From contig JBEUKZ010000018.1 of assembly GCA_048128005.1 (NCBI GenBank), positions 186,001 through 250,000 of the forward strand: a stretch of 64,000 nucleotides of DNA, read 5' to 3'. Each line of letters starts with the position of its first letter. The stretch's first letter is position 1. Made by a program: the position numbers and the translations under genes. This document shows, one piece after another, positions 61,521 to 64,000 of the stretch. Below the pieces are notes generated by a model. The model was given only the letters and a program-made list of their open reading frames with translations, did no database searches and was not told the origin of the DNA. The stretch is from Veleropilina oligotropha (lineage: Eukaryota).

Positions 61521-62511
61521 TAAGCTTGCGAGGATGTACTACAGCCCTAAGGGCTACTGGAAAGGCATTGCCGCGATAAAGAAACTAGCTGACGCTGCCA
61601 AGGCGTCTGAAGTGGAGGCCCGGACATGGCTTAAGAGGCAGGCTATATGGCAGATCTATTTACCTGCGCCACGGCGGATTCCAAGACCAAAATTCGACGT
61701 CGTAACGCCAAACGAGGTTCACCAAGCCGACCTCCTGTTTCTCCCCCATGACAAGGTCAGACACAAGACCTATAAGTACGCTTTGACTGTGGTTGATGTG
61801 GCCAGTCGCTTTAAAGAGGCTGAGCCTCTGGTCACAAAAGAGGCCAAAGGGGTTGCTGAAGCTCTGTCTCGAATCTACAGGCGGAGTCCTCTTAGCTGGC
61901 CGAAATTGCTTCAGGTTGATCCAGGGCGGGAGTTTATGGGCGCGGTGTCCCAGCTGCTGGCAAAGAATAACGTCGAGGTTAGGCGTGGCCGTGTGGATAT
62001 CCATCGCGATCAGGGCATTGTGGAGCGCTTCAACCGGACGCTCGCTGAGCGGCTCTTCGGGCACCAGTATGCAACAGAGATGCGGTTTGCAGAGTCTGCG
62101 AAAGAGGGTCAAAGGTCAACTGAGTGGGTCGCCCGGTTAGCAGCTGTAGTTGCGGCCTTGAATGGGGAAGTGACCAGGCTGACCGGTAAAAAGCCCAAGG
62201 ACGCCATCAAGGCACCTCGCGTTGCCCAAAAGCCAGGCGCCACTGTTCCAGGCCGACAGGGGAAGGAACAGAAACTCCCCTCTGACGTAGATGTTCGCTA
62301 CCTTTACTACGATGGTGAGCTGGAGGGGGGTCATCGCCGTGCTACTGACCCGGTGTGGTCTCTAAAAGTTTACAGGCTTGGACGCTCCGTCACTAAGCCT
62401 GACGAGCCTGTGCTCTACTACTTGCTGGATGGACCACCGCGTGGCTTCGTTCGTGAGGAACTTCTCGTGGTGCCTCGTGATACCCAGCTACCGCCGGTTC
62501 TCAGGCGTTAA
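61513..62511 (+). CDS. int: Retroviral-like (rve) DDE integrase, Polinton type
   Basis: N-terminal YYSPKGY, HQADL, VDVASR, LQVDPGREF, IVERFNRTL; catalytic D-D-E intact; no C-terminal chromodomain visible. Confidence 0.95.
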   Translation: MDSKLARMYYSPKGYWKGIAAIKKLADAAKASEVEARTWLKRQAIWQIYLPAPRRIPRPKFDVVTPNEVHQADLLFLPHDKVRHKTYKYALTVVDVASRFKEAEPLVTKEAKGVAEALSRIYRRSPLSWPKLLQVDPGREFMGAVSQLLAKNNVEVRRGRVDIHRDQGIVERFNRTLAERLFGHQYATEMRFAESAKEGQRSTEWVARLAAVVAALNGEVTRLTGKKPKDAIKAPRVAQKPGATVPGRQGKEQKLPSDVDVRYLYYDGELEGGHRRATDPVWSLKVYRLGRSVTKPDEPVLYYLLDGPPRGFVREELLVVPRDTQLPPVLRR

Positions 62512-64000
62512 CAACCGCAAATCCTCGTTTCCGGTTACATTCCAGACACGTTAAGCGCACGTTGTCGCGGGTGTGGCCCCTGCTGTTGTCCACACGGTCG
62601 ACACTGAACTGCTGTGTGTCCTTCGGGGAATATGCCCAGAGCAGCTCTATGTTGCATGCTGCGCAGCGGTTGTTTTGGGCCTCTCTGAGCCGCAGGATGT
62701 CGTCGACCTTGAGGTTAAACCCCGGGAGTCCCGTTGCCTGGTCCTGGCGTTTGTACGCCACAAGCTTTTTCTGGATGGTCTTTCGGAGCTGTTGCTCGGT
62801 TTGGGGCCGGGGCTTGTCCTCAGAACCCTCATCCGGTGGACAGGTTACCCGTTCGAGCTGACGCAGCAGCTCCACCCGGGACACGGCTAGGTAGGCGAGA
62901 TTACTCCACTGAAGGTAGTCGTCGATGATCCAGACTTTCTGTGGGTCGTGAATCGTAAGACCCTGGCTCGAATGGATGGTCAGGGCATAGCCCAGGCGCC
63001 AATCCGGGGTCAGGATAGCCCGCTCAGCGGCCTCAATGGTGACCTCGACGACGTCGTTCAGAACTAGCTCCTCTCTGTCGCTGGTGCCCGGAATGGTTAC
63101 CATGATGTTCTGTTTTCTGCTGTCCCTGGGGTGGTACAGGATAGGCACCATGGAGTCTGGGAAGTGCTCCTTGTGCCTCTGGAGCAACAGCTCTTGAGCC
63201 CGTTCGCGGACCTTCTGACGGCTTGTGAGGATTAGGTCGCCTGGCTTCCAGGTGTTGACGAACCGGTCCCATCCGAGGCAGCTGGGGAGGGTCCGTCGCA
63301 TCTCGTCGCACTGGACTTTGTCGGGCTGGAGACGTATACGTCTTTTCAGGGCTTGGAGGGCAGGGTCGTCTTTCGCCCTGTAGTCTACTTCGATCTCCTC
63401 ATAGTAGTCCGCGGTCTTTCGCAGCCAATCGTGCGGCATCTCGCCCGTAATCGGTGGTGGCTGGCCTTGATCACCACAGCAGATAACCTGCACTTCGTGG
63501 CGGCCCAGCCAGTCCAAGAACATCTCTAGAATAGCCCGGGGAACAGTACAGACCTCGTCCCAGATAATGACGCGCGGGATGAACTTCTGACCCATGCGGT
63601 CAGGCGTCCAGTCATTCTGGCCGCTCCATCGGAAGAAGCTGTGGTAGGTCTGGGCTTTGACGCCTCTGGTCCGCATCTCTTTAGCGAGGCGGTGGGTTGG
63701 TGTGAACACGACGGGATTCCTTGCCCGAAAGAGCTCGATCGCTCTCGTAGTCTTGCCACAGCCCCCTCCACCGTTGAGGTAACTCAGGCGATGGTGGGTC
63801 AGTGTGTCATTGTAGCATGGCGCGGTGCTCGGCTGGCTGGAATTGGCGGCACAACAATACTCTGGCTTGGGTAGGTATGCGGCATGTTCCTGTGGCATAT
63901 ACAGCTGTTCGCCCTTGTCACGCCACTGGGCCGGTGCTACTGGCGGAAGGTACGGCTCCGCGATCAGACATGAGATGCACGATTGGCTGCGACAGCCGCA
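62501..64000 (-). CDS. SF1 (Pif1/RecD-like) helicase with C-terminal HNH-like zinc domain; 5'-partial
   Basis: GGGGCGKTT, FTPTH, IIWDE, GDQGQPPP, YALTIHSSQGLT, YLAVSR; then CAAC..VDRVDN..GH..DNV..CLECN; frame stays open from 63898 to 64000. Confidence 0.9.
   Translation of the reverse strand, partial: CGCRSQSCISCLIAEPYLPPVAPAQWRDKGEQLYMPQEHAAYLPKPEYCCAANSSQPSTAPCYNDTLTHHRLSYLNGGGGCGKTTRAIELFRARNPVVFTPTHRLAKEMRTRGVKAQTYHSFFRWSGQNDWTPDRMGQKFIPRVIIWDEVCTVPRAILEMFLDWLGRHEVQVICCGDQGQPPPITGEMPHDWLRKTADYYEEIEVDYRAKDDPALQALKRRIRLQPDKVQCDEMRRTLPSCLGWDRFVNTWKPGDLILTSRQKVRERAQELLLQRHKEHFPDSMVPILYHPRDSRKQNIMVTIPGTSDREELVLNDVVEVTIEAAERAILTPDWRLGYALTIHSSQGLTIHDPQKVWIIDDYLQWSNLAYLAVSRVELLRQLERVTCPPDEGSEDKPRPQTEQQLRKTIQKKLVAYKRQDQATGLPGFNLKVDDILRLREAQNNRCAACNIELLWAYSPKDTQQFSVDRVDNSRGHTRDNVRLTCLECNRKRGFAVVNA

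Larger units (their letters stand above)
51455..64000. mobile_element. Endogenous Polinton-like (Maverick/adintovirus-type) virus; left end approximate, runs off the window
   Basis: Abrupt shift to GC-rich, intronless, tightly packed ORFs encoding MCP, penton, packaging ATPase, rve integrase and helicase; repeat-rich non-coding left end. Confidence 0.93.

Overview
AT-rich invertebrate (metazoan, probably lophotrochozoan; inference from repeat types) genomic DNA. Three phase-compatible + strand exons of a host PALS1/MPP5/stardust-like polarity MAGUK gene (8425-8534, 15510-15567, 46061-47062) span the window. Their introns hold SINEs, LINE fragments, MITEs, Helentron-type non-autonomous elements (HINEs), minisatellites, one nearly intact DIRS tyrosine-recombinase retrotransposon (19103-26478) and a decayed relative. 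From about 51455 to the window edge lies a GC-rich, gene-dense, apparently intact endogenous Polinton-like (Maverick/adintovirus-type) DNA virus. It encodes a major capsid protein, penton, A32-type packaging ATPase, rve integrase, an SF1 helicase fused to an HNH-like domain (open at the window edge), several membrane proteins (one with adjacent PSAP and LYPxL late-domain-like motifs) and a secreted Cys-rich protein. The virus appears to have inserted just inside the next host exon. All calls come from reading motifs by eye; no database searches were run.
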